A DNA stretch of 32,559 nucleotides from Octopus bimaculoides (Eukaryota), in the NCBI RefSeq assembly GCF_001194135.2, contig NC_068992.1, forward strand, positions 27,299,406 through 27,331,964, read 5' to 3'. A program made the translations under genes and the position numbers. Numbering within the stretch: position 1 is the stretch's first letter; each line of letters opens with the position of its first letter. Shown piece by piece: positions 10,804 to 22,018 of this stretch. Under the pieces are notes generated by a model. It was not told where the DNA came from, made no database searches, and saw only the letters and a program-made list of their open reading frames with translations.

Positions 10804-11500
10804 TTGTTAGTCTAAAGATGCCATCCGTCACATTCCTCTTAATTTACTAAAAACGCCAAATCTAATATTACACTTGTTGTTGTTGGTACTCCGTCGCTTA
10901 CGACGTCGAGGGTTCCAGTTGATCCAATCAACGGAACAGCCTGCTCATGAAATTAACGTGCAAATGGCTGAGCACTCCACAGACACATGTATCCTTAACG
11001 TAGTTCTCGGGGAGATTCAGCGTGACACAGTGTGACAAGGCTGGCCCTTTGAATTACAGGTACAACAGAATCAGGAAGTAAGAGTGAGAGAAAGTTGTGG
11101 TGAAAGAGTACAGCAGGGTTCGCCACCATCCCCTGCCGGAGCCTCGTGGAGCTCTAGGTGTTTTCGCTCAATAAACACTCACAACGCCCGGTCTGGTAAT
11201 CGAAACCGCGATCCTATGACCGCGAATCTGCTGCCCTAACCACTGGGCCATTGCGCCTCCACTAATATTACACTAACTTGAAAGGGTTCGGTGAACGAGA
11301 GCCAATTCGTAAAGCAAAAAGTAAATTGTTTTCAAAGAAGACCTCAGAGAACTGAGAAGAGTTCGGGTAATAGTAACAAAAGATTGTACTCTACAAATTG
11401 ACTCTCGTTCACCGAATTCTTTCAGGTTAGTGTAATATTAGATTTGGCGTTTGGTGTTAAATTAAGAGGAATGTGACGGATGGCATCTTTAGACTAACAA
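10804..11500. mobile_element. Non-autonomous foldback/MITE-like element: ~108-bp terminal inverted repeats around an 80-bp spacer (~297 bp without the SINE)
   Basis: Left arm 10804-10874 + 11275-11311 (ttgttagtctaaagatgccatccgtcacattcctcttaattt...ttcggtgaacgagagccaattcgta) is the near-perfect reverse complement of 11392-11500; ATT flanks both ends. Confidence 0.9.
10875..11261 (-). mobile_element. SINE family B (tggaggcgcaatggcccagtggttagg tRNA-like head, (CAA)n tail), 13-bp TSD
   Basis: A-box/B-box-like head; TSD ctaatattacact at 10862-10874 and 11262-11274; highly similar to 27236-27612 and 31605-31962. Confidence 0.95.
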
Positions 11501-11883
11501 ATTCATTACTTCTCATTTCCGAGTTAATATATACTGCGTTGCAGCATATTTTAGTAACGCCAAGATGAACAATGCTTTTTATCAGTTGTTCTTGCTGATT
11601 AAAAAATGTTCTAATTTTCAAGACTTGAGAGAATTACATCAGTAGCCAAGACATCCATTTGGCTTTACGAAAGCTGTAGCTTGTTTGTTTGCAACGAGGG
11701 ATAGTACAATTACCTCACTGAATAACCTCGAATCTCCTTGCTCATATTTAGAAAACTTTATTGTATATGGTACCTTTAAGGAAAGTCACGACGGAAATCT
11801 AAATGCATTTCTGTCATGCGCCAAGATCTAAATATAATTCTCTCTTGAAAAAAAAACTATTTCAGCAAAACAAACATAAAATT

Positions 11884-12354
11884 ATAAACTGCTATATGCA
11901 TGATGAACAGCGAGAATCAAAAGGATGACTTGCATATTCATTCTTGATACGTTCCGTTAGATTCAAACGTGGATATGCTAATCGCTGTTGTATTTCGTCA
12001 CAGGCGAACATCTTTACGATAAATGTGAGTTCATAACATACTCGATTAATTAACGCAAGGGGGAAGCTGTCCTTATGGCGGCTGGCTTCGGTTCCGTTTT
12101 CAGAAGCTGGAACGCTGCAGTGTACACCGACATCTGTTCGGTGGTCAAAGTAAATGTTTCACATTTGTTGTGTCTCGTCATCCAAAGGCACCTTGGACTA
12201 ATGAATCCAACAAAAGCCAAAGCTCTTGTTTACAACTTCAGCAAACGGTTTGCTGACCCGTGGTGATATCTACCAGCCGATAATAAATTATCATGTACAT
12301 GGTAAACAGCGAGAATCAAAAAGAGAATCAAAACGATACTTATATATCTATTCT
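11884..12354. mobile_element. 471-bp unclassified insertion in the Gypsy RT, with near-terminal direct repeats and a candidate 7-bp TSD
   Basis: taaaatt at 11877-11883 and 12355-12361; removing the insert restores KTNIKFFGYR; aacagcgagaatcaaaa at 11906-11922 and 12305-12321. Confidence 0.6.
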
Positions 12355-15300
12355 TAAAATTCTTTGGGTACCGCCTCTTCAAAATTACAGAGCAATTGCT
12401 TAAGCTGTTAGGCTATTTCTGTTTAAATACCTTGAAATTCCTACTTCACAAAAGGAAATTAAAAAGACAACAGCAATCGTGTGACACTTATTTTGGACGA
12501 ATTAAAACACTTAATCAGATGCACCGCTATCCCATTCCACAAGAAGTTGTTACTATCTTAAAAAATATTGACATCATCAAAGAAAATCATCGTAAACCAG
12601 TAACAACTCTTCCTCATTTACGGTTGAAGTCAATGCATCAGATACAACACTAGCTTCAGCACTACCCCTAAAGAGGTCACCTTGCCATTTAAGACTGATT
12701 AACGATATCACTTTATTAACAAGAAAGCTACCACAGTTGTGGACTTACGTAAATACTGACACAACCTCCTAGGAACTTAACCCTCGTTACAGACCATCAA
12801 AGCGTCTAATCTATGCTTCATAAACCCCATAAATGCATCGTAACGAATGATAAATGTTGGATTATCGAACGTTCTTCATATTCTTTTGACATTTTTATCG
12901 ATGTGATAAAAGGAAATATATATACTGGTGCCTGCCACGGATACATTGTTCTGCTCGGCCAGATTATAAATTGCGTTAGTATATCTTTACGGTGAATTAT
13001 GTCACTTAGGAGAAAGAAGATTGATGGATTATGTAAATCAAAACATTTACTTTTTTTTTTAACTAAGGATGTTCGTAAAATATATTATGACTGTCGAATA
13101 TGGTCCGAACTAAAACCTAAATGTTACATTCAAAGTAATCAATACTTCATGAAAACTATACAGGAGGCAATGGATCACATCTCATTAGATTTCAAGAGAT
13201 CTAAACTGTCAGTTCCTCAGAACAAATGCCTTTCAGTGGTCGTTGATAAATACTCACGTGACACTTCTGTATTCCCCTGTGTGTATATCATCTTTCAAAT
13301 TATTGTTCCATGTCTCCAAGTGCTATTGTCTCTAGTTGAAATATCTGGTATTATCTACAGTGATAGAAAAAACTTACTTCATGTCTTTGGAAGAAAAACA
13401 TTTTTCTAAAACTATGGATTGTGAAACATCATCTATTGCAACCCCAGAGGAAATGAGACAAAGTGAATAAAGAAATCATACAGGATGGGAGTCAGAGCTA
13501 TTAGCTCTAAAATCAGGGAATCATTTAGAATTCTGTGAGAAGAGATGCTTTTCTATCTTCTGCACATTTCAATTTTATCCTCAATTTTATGTTGACTGTC
13601 ACCTGTTACAAATAAAATTCTCCATTATCTTGTTTTTTTTTTCTGGTGGTTTTCTCCAATCAGCCTCTCCCTTACCATCTTGACTAATTGCTTATGGTTC
13701 TCTCCTTATAAATAACAATTATGGGTACACGCAAATTTTATTAGAGAAAGATGGAGAGTTTGAGTGTAAGGACAATGTTTGTTTGATTGTGTTTTTTGTG
13801 CGTTTTTTTTCGTTTCAAAAGCAATGAAGTAGAAGACAATGTTTTCTTTCGTGATTTGTAACGATTCCCGACACGTCAAAAGGCATCAGTTCAGCTGTCA
13901 CGGTTGGACTTAACAAACCCTAATCTCAATAACACTTACGACTTCCATGCTTCATTCTTTAATAATTATCTATTAAAATGGAGAGTTTTTCAGTAGGAGA
14001 CGGGGTGAAATAATATCACCGAATCCTGCCATGACTATCATTCCAGTTAATGAACTTTACCTTTCAAGTAGAACGATGAAACCACGAGAAAGGATTAATC
14101 TAAGACATTATTTGGCAATCACAGAGTTTATCGTATTTTTTAAGGAGGGTAAATTTTATGATACATCGTTCTTAATTGCTGTTCTGTAGCCATCGAGTTA
14201 TTTCCTTTACTTATGCCAGAAATTAAGCTGTATCTTTGGTTGTTCTACAAAGTCTACTTCTTATGATAAGCCCATATAATTATGAGAATCAACTAAAACG
14301 TGTTCGATACTGATTAATGAATTCAAAACGCAACGTTGGCAAGATGGGATTTAACCTATTTGCTAATAACAGGAGCAGATAGAACTGATTGATACTATTA
14401 ACGAATAAGCTTAACGTAGCGTGTAACTTGACTAGCAGGATTCATGTTTATACAATAAGTAGCCTGAAGCTAAAAATATATTCGATAATCTGTTCATATC
14501 AATATATCTCAATACATGTATATAAAGTATAAATAGCAAATCTTGCTATATCGCCTGTCGGATTGAGTTACATTTTGTAAGTGGCTGTAACATGTGTTAG
14601 AGTCTGAACAATGCCAGTAAATTGTTCTGCAATCTTGCTAAAATGACGAAGAACCTATGTATTTCAGCCAGCTAGGCACCGCTATTCAATGCCCATCAGC
14701 TAACATTCTATTTTACATTTTCAGTAATAATGAAACTGATAAAACATTAAAAAATATCTGCTAGCGTAGAATCGTGTTAAGAACTGGACGTGGAATTACC
14801 AAATGAAACGGAAATGTAAGTTTCTTTGATATGTAAGAGCAAATGTATCTTGGACTGTAATAGAACTATTAATGCCATGTAGATGTATATCTTGGTTGCA
14901 GTACGAATTACCAAGAATAAATAACACAGGATGGAAATGTAGTTTTATATCGATGATCGACTTTCTAGCTTATAGTCGCCATATTTGAACTCTGACGTGT
15001 ATAAGAGATTTCATTGAATCACCAAGACGGTTATATCTACCCACAAAACATATCCATAGCCATAAAAATGACAATGAATTGTGAGTGTAACAAAGATTCT
15101 GGCTCTTCATCAAAAGAGCTAAACTGAAGTAGTGTAAATCAATAGCTATTACTGACACTCATAGAAAGAACACAAATCTTTGGTTGAGAACAAATAACTG
15201 GTTATTAATCCGTCCATAATACGACAGACGTAAGCACTGATGGTTGGTAGTCATGCATGGAGAGTCGAGAATATATTTTTAGGCACGTACAAAGGTTGTT

Positions 15301-15508
15301 CAATTAGAAGAGTGAAAGTTCTTCTCAGTTGCCAAAAATTCTATAGATCTGGCCTACGATCAAGTTTCTTGCTTATTAATTATATGCGGCTAACACTGAA
15401 GTTAAAAATCTATCCAAAGTTGACCAAGATTTAGTAGAGAATTTTTCACGTAGTCTAAGAAGTTAAGTTGAAAGTACCGCAGTCATATAACCTTTAATCT
15501 ATTTCCAG

Positions 15509-15527
15509 ATTCCATTTTTATTGGGTC
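15509..15527 (+). CDS. Candidate 19-nt micro-exon (IPFLLG, phase 0 to 1)
   Basis: tttaatctatttccag| acceptor and |gtaagt donor. Confidence 0.45.
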
Positions 15528-15994
15528 GTAAGTGAATACCTGGTTATTATGGCGCTCTAGCTGATTCACCCCTTCTATAATCTAAACACTTTAAATACCT
15601 AACACATTACTGTGACTGTAGTAAAAAGTTGGTTATTCTATTATCATACAAATCAGCCGATCGAGGAGAAAGACAGCTTTCGAATAACTAACCTAAAGCA
15701 TTTCGTAATTGCCTTTTACATGCGATATTGGTATTACTTCTACCATTTATCATGCACATAGTCATCGACGTTCCTGACATTCAATTATTATTACCGTCTT
15801 TTAATTCTGTCTGGCATACGATATTTTCTAATAATAATAACGTTGCTAGATTGAAACTTTTTGTCAGGCCAGCGTTCTCTTGATTTCTAAATAATGCCGA
15901 ACGTTGAATTGTTACAAAACTCGTTACATTTATTTATATCTAAAGGGAGATAAAAATTAGACTACGGAGGCCATGTTTTTTCCCAAGCTTAATA

Positions 15995-16430
15995 GCTTTA
16001 TTTCCCTTGTCTCTTCATCGCTATTTCTTCCTGTCTATCTATCTCTATCTCTTAATCTCTTTCTTCCTTCTGCTTCGATTGGAACACTATCTGTTCCTTT
16101 AAACTAAGAGTACCTGCCTTTATGTTATCTCGATCGAAGTCTTCTTGCCTTAACACTAACTTAACTATTGCTTTTCATGCAGAAAGCGTCTCTGAGTAAT
16201 GCATTTTATAGATTTACTTTTCTTCAGTTTATTACAGCAGAACCTTTTTTTCAGTTTTTTAGCCGTTTCTGTCGTTTTGTAAATATTATTGTCTTTTTTC
16301 TCTTTTCCCTCTTTTCTCTTTCTCCTTTCCTCTTTCTCTCTTTTCCTTTCTCTTATTTCTTCTTTCTTCCCTTTCTCCTTTCTCTCTTTTCCTGTTTCTC
16401 CTTTCTCCCTTCTGAATTTTCACTTTGGAA
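15995..16430. repeat. Polypyrimidine/low-complexity tracts (densest at ~16290-16420)
   Basis: CT-rich; explains the Phe/Leu/Ser ORF. Confidence 0.75.
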
Positions 16431-16759
16431 ATAAATTTCTCCCTACGAATTTCTGAAATCACTCCCTAGTGCTTGCAGAAGATAATTATGATTGATTATT
16501 CAGGAAACCGTCTATATAAACGAAACATTACTTAAGTTCATAATAATTAATGAATGATTGTTAAACAGCTAATTAGAAATAATTGTATGTTGAGGAAAAA
16601 ATAATATTTGTAATTTACTAATATTGTTTTAATACCTCCTTAACTATTATTTTCTAAACGAACAGCGTCAATGAATAATTTAGAAACGATTCTAGTGTCT
16701 GATACCAGCCTTATATAGAGTCTTATACATTTATTTGATAATTTTCATCGCTACTTCAG

Positions 16760-16792
16760 TAAGTACAGCAAAGTTTATACTTTACCGGAGAG
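16760..16792 (+). CDS. Candidate 33-nt exon (LSTAKFILYRR, phase 1 to 1)
   Basis: ttttcatcgctacttcag| acceptor and gag|gtacca donor; in frame with neighbouring candidates. Confidence 0.4.
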
Positions 16793-17414
16793 GTACCATA
16801 AGAGCGAAACATTTGCGGGGTTGTTTCCCGTATTTGGGAGATATTTAGAATATGATACTATTTTTTTCTCGCTGTTTAATTATTTGTAGTTAGCTTTTAG
16901 ATTATTATTGCTTTGAATATGTTAAAACTAACTTAAACAGAGCGAAGTCCTAGGTCTTAAAATCAATTGATCAACAGGAATGTAAATAGAATATTGTTCA
17001 GGTCAAACTGTTATGAAAAGTTAAAAGTCTAACTTTTCAAAGTCTTGGTGCTCACCGCAGATCAAGAGCAGAAGATGTGAGACTTTTCATTCCTCATGAA
17101 AACTGGACTTATCGACATTCAACGAACGTCCATTTTACATAGTTTTACATAACCATTTCACAAGAATTATTCAGCATTACAAATAACACTAAAACTACGA
17201 ACATAGATTTATTCTGGCCAATGAGCAACAGAAACCAATGAAGGATTCTCTTTGAAGTTCTCTGTGCAGTTTATTCGACCTTATAACAATAACACCTAAG
17301 TCTCTTCAAGATAATATGCTTACACCTTATGAAACAACTATAGAATAATGTATTCTTAGATGCACTGCACTTTAAAATGAAGGTGACGAACGGGTAGAAT
17401 TTGTTGAGAATTGT

Positions 17415-17490
17415 ATTGAATGACATCCCTCTACACTCTGAGCTCTAATTCTGCTAAGATAAACTTTTCCTTTCATCTATTTGGGGTTCC
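17415..17490 (+). mobile_element. SINE family A fragment, very decayed
   Basis: ctctgagctctaattctgctaagataaacttttcctttcatctatttggggt aligns to the family A central part. Confidence 0.55.
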
Positions 17491-17641
17491 TAAATAAATT
17501 GCCAGCCTGGGACTATGTATTGCTGGAATTGCTTCTGTGTCAGGAGTGCTTTACAGTACCACATGTTTCGGGCTTTTAGGTTCTAATGGCAACAGTTGCG
17601 ACAACTTTGGTGCTAAAACGTTTCGGTTCTTCCTTTAACAG

Positions 17642-17685
17642 GAAACGACAGTGGAGTCTGGAGAGATGGGAGACTTGTTGCTAAG
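17642..17685 (+). CDS. Candidate 44-nt exon (GNDSGVWRDGRLVAK, phase 1 to 0)
   Basis: ttcttcctttaacag| acceptor and consensus aag|gtgagt donor. Confidence 0.6.
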
Positions 17686-18241
17686 GTGAGTATTGGCCTT
17701 TCACAAAACAACCTGAAACTTAGAGGAATTATTCGGAATCCCTGAATATATATTGCCTGGATTACCATTAATTAAAAATTCTGCTCAATTGACATGAGGG
17801 CTAATCAATAAAATGATAACGTAAAATCATTTTTTTATTTTGTTATTTATTTTTTAATAACGTTTGTTTCTTGAATGAATCAAAACCTTTAATAACTTGA
17901 AGGAATCAAAATATGTAGCTGACTAATGAACCGAATATCGAGTAAACATGATGTAAGGAAGTCGTGTTAGATTTTATTTAGATTCAGTTAGAGTTATAAA
18001 GTACAGTACAAGATGTTATTTAGAATCAAGCGCTCTAACACTATATCTACTGTTAGAGCACTTAAATTTTTATACCAAACTTCTCCACGGTATAGAATTA
18101 AATATTGGTGAAATTTCCATTCAAATGTTTCATGGAGCTTGATAACTCTGATGATTCCCACCTCTTTCTGGGATACAGGTACCGTTGTCCCTCAAAAAGT
18201 TTATCTGCTTTCTACACGGTTTTGTTTTTTAATTTTGCTAG

Positions 18242-18274
18242 GTGCCCATATTCCTCACTTACTGGGCAAGCCCA
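18242..18274 (+). CDS. Candidate 33-nt exon (VPIFLTYWASP in phase 0; all frames open)
   Basis: ttttgttttttaattttgctag| acceptor and |gtaaga donor. Confidence 0.5.
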
Positions 18275-18756
18275 GTAAGAGGCCGATTCATTCACCAACC
18301 ACTAGTCCAATAAAGTACCCACAAGAAGGATACGCAGGATTTTATTTGCTAAGTGATTTTATTCACTAAAATTCCAAGTTCGTTTCAAGATTCTCAACAC
18401 TGAGAAAGAAAATTTCTCGCGAGCACAGATAATGCAAAACTGCATACTTCATCTGAGATACAACAACGATCCTTCAGTTCGTTTTAGAAAATTAAATAAA
18501 TTTGTTGAACTTCATTCGATGCAGATCTTATAAATATTAAATGAAGTGCATTAGTTGCATCTGAGTTCATAGCATATAATTGCATAATACTTGTTGCAAC
18601 TAAAAATTCCAATTGAAAATGCAATTTTAATGCAACCTACTGGCTAAGAATTCTTTTATACACGTTTACTTCTTGCTAACTATTTTCTAACCGAAAAGGG
18701 AATCATTTCCAATGGATCCTCACCCTCTTTAATTAATTTATATATTTCCTTGTAAG

Positions 18757-18794
18757 ATGCTCATCGATGATCTCTTAAGAGACACAGTTAGAAG
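18757..18794 (+). CDS. Candidate 38-nt exon (MLIDDLLRDTVR, phase 0 to 2)
   Basis: tttccttgtaag| acceptor (weaker AAG) and aag|gtaatt donor; only phase 0 is open. Confidence 0.35.
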
Positions 18795-18980
18795 GTAATT
18801 CTTCAGAAGCATGAGAACATACAAGTTGGTGAGAGTGACAAATGCGTTTTATGAGAACCAAATTTTAATTCTAAAATTTTATTAACATTTAGAGAGAATA
18901 TTATTGATGCCGCAAAAGCTTGAAGCTCTTTTTGTTGCAATAATAAAACTACTTTTATCATTAATCCCCACAAAAATTAT

Positions 18981-19112
18981 ACCGAGATCGACTTTGCCTT
19001 CCATCCTTCCGGAGTCGATAAAATAGGTACGAATTAGATACTGGGGTTGATGTAATCAAATAGACCACTTCCCTAAAGATTTTCAGGCCTTGTGCCAAAA
19101 GTAGAAAGAATT
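18981..19112 (+). mobile_element. SINE family A, 5'-truncated
   Basis: ccgagatcgactttgccttccatccttccggagtcgataaa...ggccttgtgccaaaagtagaaag. Confidence 0.88.
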
Positions 19113-19129
19113 ATTAATCCCCACATTAA

Positions 19130-19320
19130 GGCGGTGAGCTGGCAGAATGGTTAGCAACCGGACGAAATATTTAGCGACATTTCTCCTGGATTTACATTCT
19201 TAGTTCAAATTCCACCGAAGTTGACTTTGCCTTTCATCCTTTCAAAATCGATAAAATAAGTACCAGTTATTGACTTGCCCCCTCCTACATATTTGCTGGC
19301 TTTGTGCCAAACTTAGAATT
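19130..19320 (+). mobile_element. SINE family A, full head, in tandem with the previous copy
   Basis: ggcggtgagctggcagaat head; target motif attaat(c/t)cccaca at 18960, 19113 and 19321. Confidence 0.9.
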
Positions 19321-19927
19321 ATTAATTCCCACATTACCCAAAAACTTTTACATTACCCAAAAACTTTTTGCAAAGTGAATTAATTCTTAAAACTGTGACA
19401 CAATTTTATTTCGTCATACAAATGATACAGTTTATTGAATCACAGACACACGCGCGTGCACACACACAGAGATGCCTTTTCACAAGCAATATCAGTCGAC
19501 ACGCCTAAAGTCAAGAACTTATGATTACCTATGCCTTCAATTTATTCTTTCTGTAAGAGTGGAGTAATAATATATTCTACAAGTGCTTTAGAATTCATTT
19601 AATGCATTTTCAAGCCACCTTCAACTGATAATAGGATTCTTTTTATTCTTGCGTCAGTTCATATATATGCAGCTGCTTAAATTTTCTTATTTTGTTACTA
19701 GAAAAAAAAGCTGGTTTGTTAATTTGTTGCGCATTAGAGTTTATTACAGCACCATTGTTTATGTTAAGCTGCAGAAGTATGCTTTCTTAAATTGGTTCTT
19801 GTGAACTCAGATTTCAACATTACACAATTTACATAAAACTTTCTTGCTGTTGTCTCACTTTTTATGCCTAATTTAAAAATTGAAGACCACTTAGCCAAGA
19901 TTGTTCTTTTTTTTTATTTTATCGCAG

Positions 19928-19977
19928 ATCAAACACCTGCTCCTTGTATTGATGAATACAATTTTGGAATAACTAAG
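19928..19977 (+). CDS. Candidate 50-nt exon (xQTPAPCIDEYNFGITK, phase 1 to 0)
   Basis: Long T-tract ending ttttatcgcag| and aag|gtatgt donor; only one frame is open. Confidence 0.65.
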
Positions 19978-20072
19978 GTATGTCCTCTCTGACTCTCTGA
20001 ATTATTTCTCGTGGCTTATATTCCTTTCATTTACCCAAATTACCTTGGCCATAAATATGTTCTACGTTATAT

Positions 20073-20747
20073 NNNNNNNNNNNNNNNNNNNNNNNNNNNN
20101 NNNNNNNNNNNNNNNNNNNNNNNNNNNNNNNNNNNNNNNNNNNNNNNNNNNNNNNNNNNNNNNNNNNNNNNNNNNNNNNNNNNNNNNNNNNNNNNNNNNN
20201 NNNNNNNNNNNNNNNNNNNNNNNNNNNNNNNNNNNNNNNNNNNNNNNNNNNNNNNNNNNNNNNNNNNNNNNNNNNNNNNNNNNNNNNNNNNNNNNNNNNN
20301 NNNNNNNNNNNNNNNNNNNNNNNNNNNNNNNNNNNNNNNNNNNNNNNNNNNNNNNNNNNNNNNNNNNNNNNNNNNNNNNNNNNNNNNNNNNNNNNNNNNN
20401 NNNNNNNNNNNNNNNNNNNNNNNNNNNNNNNNNNNNNNNNNNNNNNNNNNNNNNNNNNNNNNNNNNNNNNNNNNNNNNNNNNNNNNNNNNNNNNNNNNNN
20501 NNNNNNNNNNNNNNNNNNNNNNNNNNNNNNNNNNNNNNNNNNNNNNNNNNNNNNNNNNNNNNNNNNNNNNNNNNNNNNNNNNNNNNNNNNNNNNNNNNNN
20601 NNNNNNNNNNNNNNNNNNNNNNNNNNNNNNNNNNNNNNNNNNNNNNNNNNNNNNNNNNNNNNNNNNNNNNNNNNNNNNNNNNNNNNNNNNNNNNNNNNNN
20701 NNNNNNNNNNNNNNNNNNNNNNNNNNNNNNNNNNNNNNNNNNNNNNT
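20073..20747. other. Assembly gap (N), (TA)n-flanked
   Basis: N run. Confidence 1.
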
Positions 20748-21182
20748 ATATATATATATATATATTGTCCAACATAAAATTGATGCATTTTCCTTCTTTT
20801 TATATTTTTCACTACTATTCGCCACGTGGAAATTTATTTATTGAGCCTTTCACTATATATGCGTGTGTGTGTGTGTGCGTGTGTACACGAGTGAGTGAAG
20901 AAATGAAAGTAGCACTCAACACACTTTACTAATAGTTACATATGCTTTCGATAAAATTTTGTCTCAACTGCATATGACTTAAAGTTTCGCAGATGCGTAG
21001 GAAGTAACCATCTCATCAGATATCAGATAGAATTCAAACAACTGAACAAATTTTCTAACCAGATATTCATAGCAGCTAATACCTGCTCAAGTCGGTTTTG
21101 ATAAACAAAGAACCACAGATGGAAACCTTCTGCAAGCAAAGACAAATTTAATCATTGCTATGTCGTTCAGGTGAAGTTGAAA

Positions 21183-21402
21183 GGCGGCGAGCTGGCAGAA
21201 ACGGTAACACGCCGGGCGAAATGCTTAGCAGTATCTCGTCTGTCTTTACGTTTGAAGTTCAAATCCTACCGAGGTCGACTTTACCTTTCATCCTTTCGGG
21301 GGTCGATAAATTAAGTACCAGTTGCGTACTGAGGTCGATCTAATCGACTGGATCCCTCTCCAAAAATGTTCGGGCTTTGTGCCCAGAGTAGAAAAGAAAA
21401 GA
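21183..21402 (+). mobile_element. SINE family A, full length, 14-bp TSD with 2 mismatches
   Basis: ttcaggtgaagttg at 21166-21179 vs ttcaagtgaagctg at 21403-21416. Confidence 0.92.
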
Positions 21403-21536
21403 TTCAAGTGAAGCTGTGACGAAACGCACGTGACCCTTCGATACTTGCTGAAGATGCAGGAGGGTTTCCAATAATGCAATTGTTTTAGCTGCCATCAAGA
21501 GAATAAGTTTACAACATCTTTAAGTATTTCCTTTAG

Positions 21537-21595
21537 CTTCTGCTCTCAGGCAAAGCATCTCTGCTGTTTATTTCACCTATAGACATGGTCCAATG
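21537..21595 (+). CDS. Candidate 59-nt exon (LLLSGKASLLFISPIDMVQ in phase 0, or SALRQSISAVYFTYRHGPM in phase 1); alternative acceptor at 21550
   Basis: tatttcctttag| acceptor and atg|gtaaga donor. Confidence 0.55.
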
Positions 21596-22018
21596 GTAAG
21601 ACTTCTGTGACATTTACAGTAGATGTGGGTTCGATTCCTAAGGGTAGCTATCTACTTGTTCTATCTAAAGGGGTTTTTATTACAGTATTTACACACTGTC
21701 AGTTACAGCTTCATATATTCCGAGTTTCACCGTTAAAAAGAATTATTTCATGTCTCTCGAAGTTTCTACATTTTATAGTGTAATCAATATGTGTGTGCGT
21801 GTACGTTTGCTTGTGTGCGCGCGTGCGTGTGTGCATGCGTGTGTAGATGTATACAAATAAAGTTATAGAGGTGACACTGTTAATTCGGTGAAACTAGACA
21901 ATCATCTCCATCATTAAATTAAAACATAAAAGATTCTCCTCACCGTACTTTCAGTTACTGTAACTGTGTTCTTAATTTTCAGAACATTTTTTAACATATT
22001 ATACATCTGTGTGCATGT

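Larger units (their letters stand above)
10600..13535 (+). mobile_element. Decayed Ty3/Gypsy LTR-retrotransposon pol (RT - RNase H - integrase), interrupted by two insertions; no LTRs recognised
   Basis: RT: PFGFTKAVAC...SYLENFIVYGTFKESHDGNLNAFLSCAK (11655-11831, YLEN at the catalytic YxDD/YLDN position), then KFFGYR and IPTSQKEIKK. RNase H: FTVEVNASD, KKATTVVDLRKY*HNLLG, VTDHQSV, NDKCWIIERSSYSFDI. Integrase: LYGELCHLG, CRIWSELKPK, DHISLDFK, VVDKYSR, IYSDR, LLALKS. Many stops and frameshifts; the 5' boundary is approximate. Confidence 0.82.

Noticed and set aside
10875-11261. tRNA genes at SINE heads (A/B boxes)
   Set aside because: No full cloverleaf; the heads are attached to SINE bodies with TSDs.
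13361-13470. Coding-looking exon IEKTYFMSLEEKHFSK...
   Set aside because: Explained as the frameshifted continuation of the Gypsy integrase (DR...FMS...).
14725-14815. Strong acceptor and gtaagt donor pair
   Set aside because: Stops in all frames from the strong acceptor; the donor-like sequence recurs in a local degenerate repeat. Could only be non-coding.
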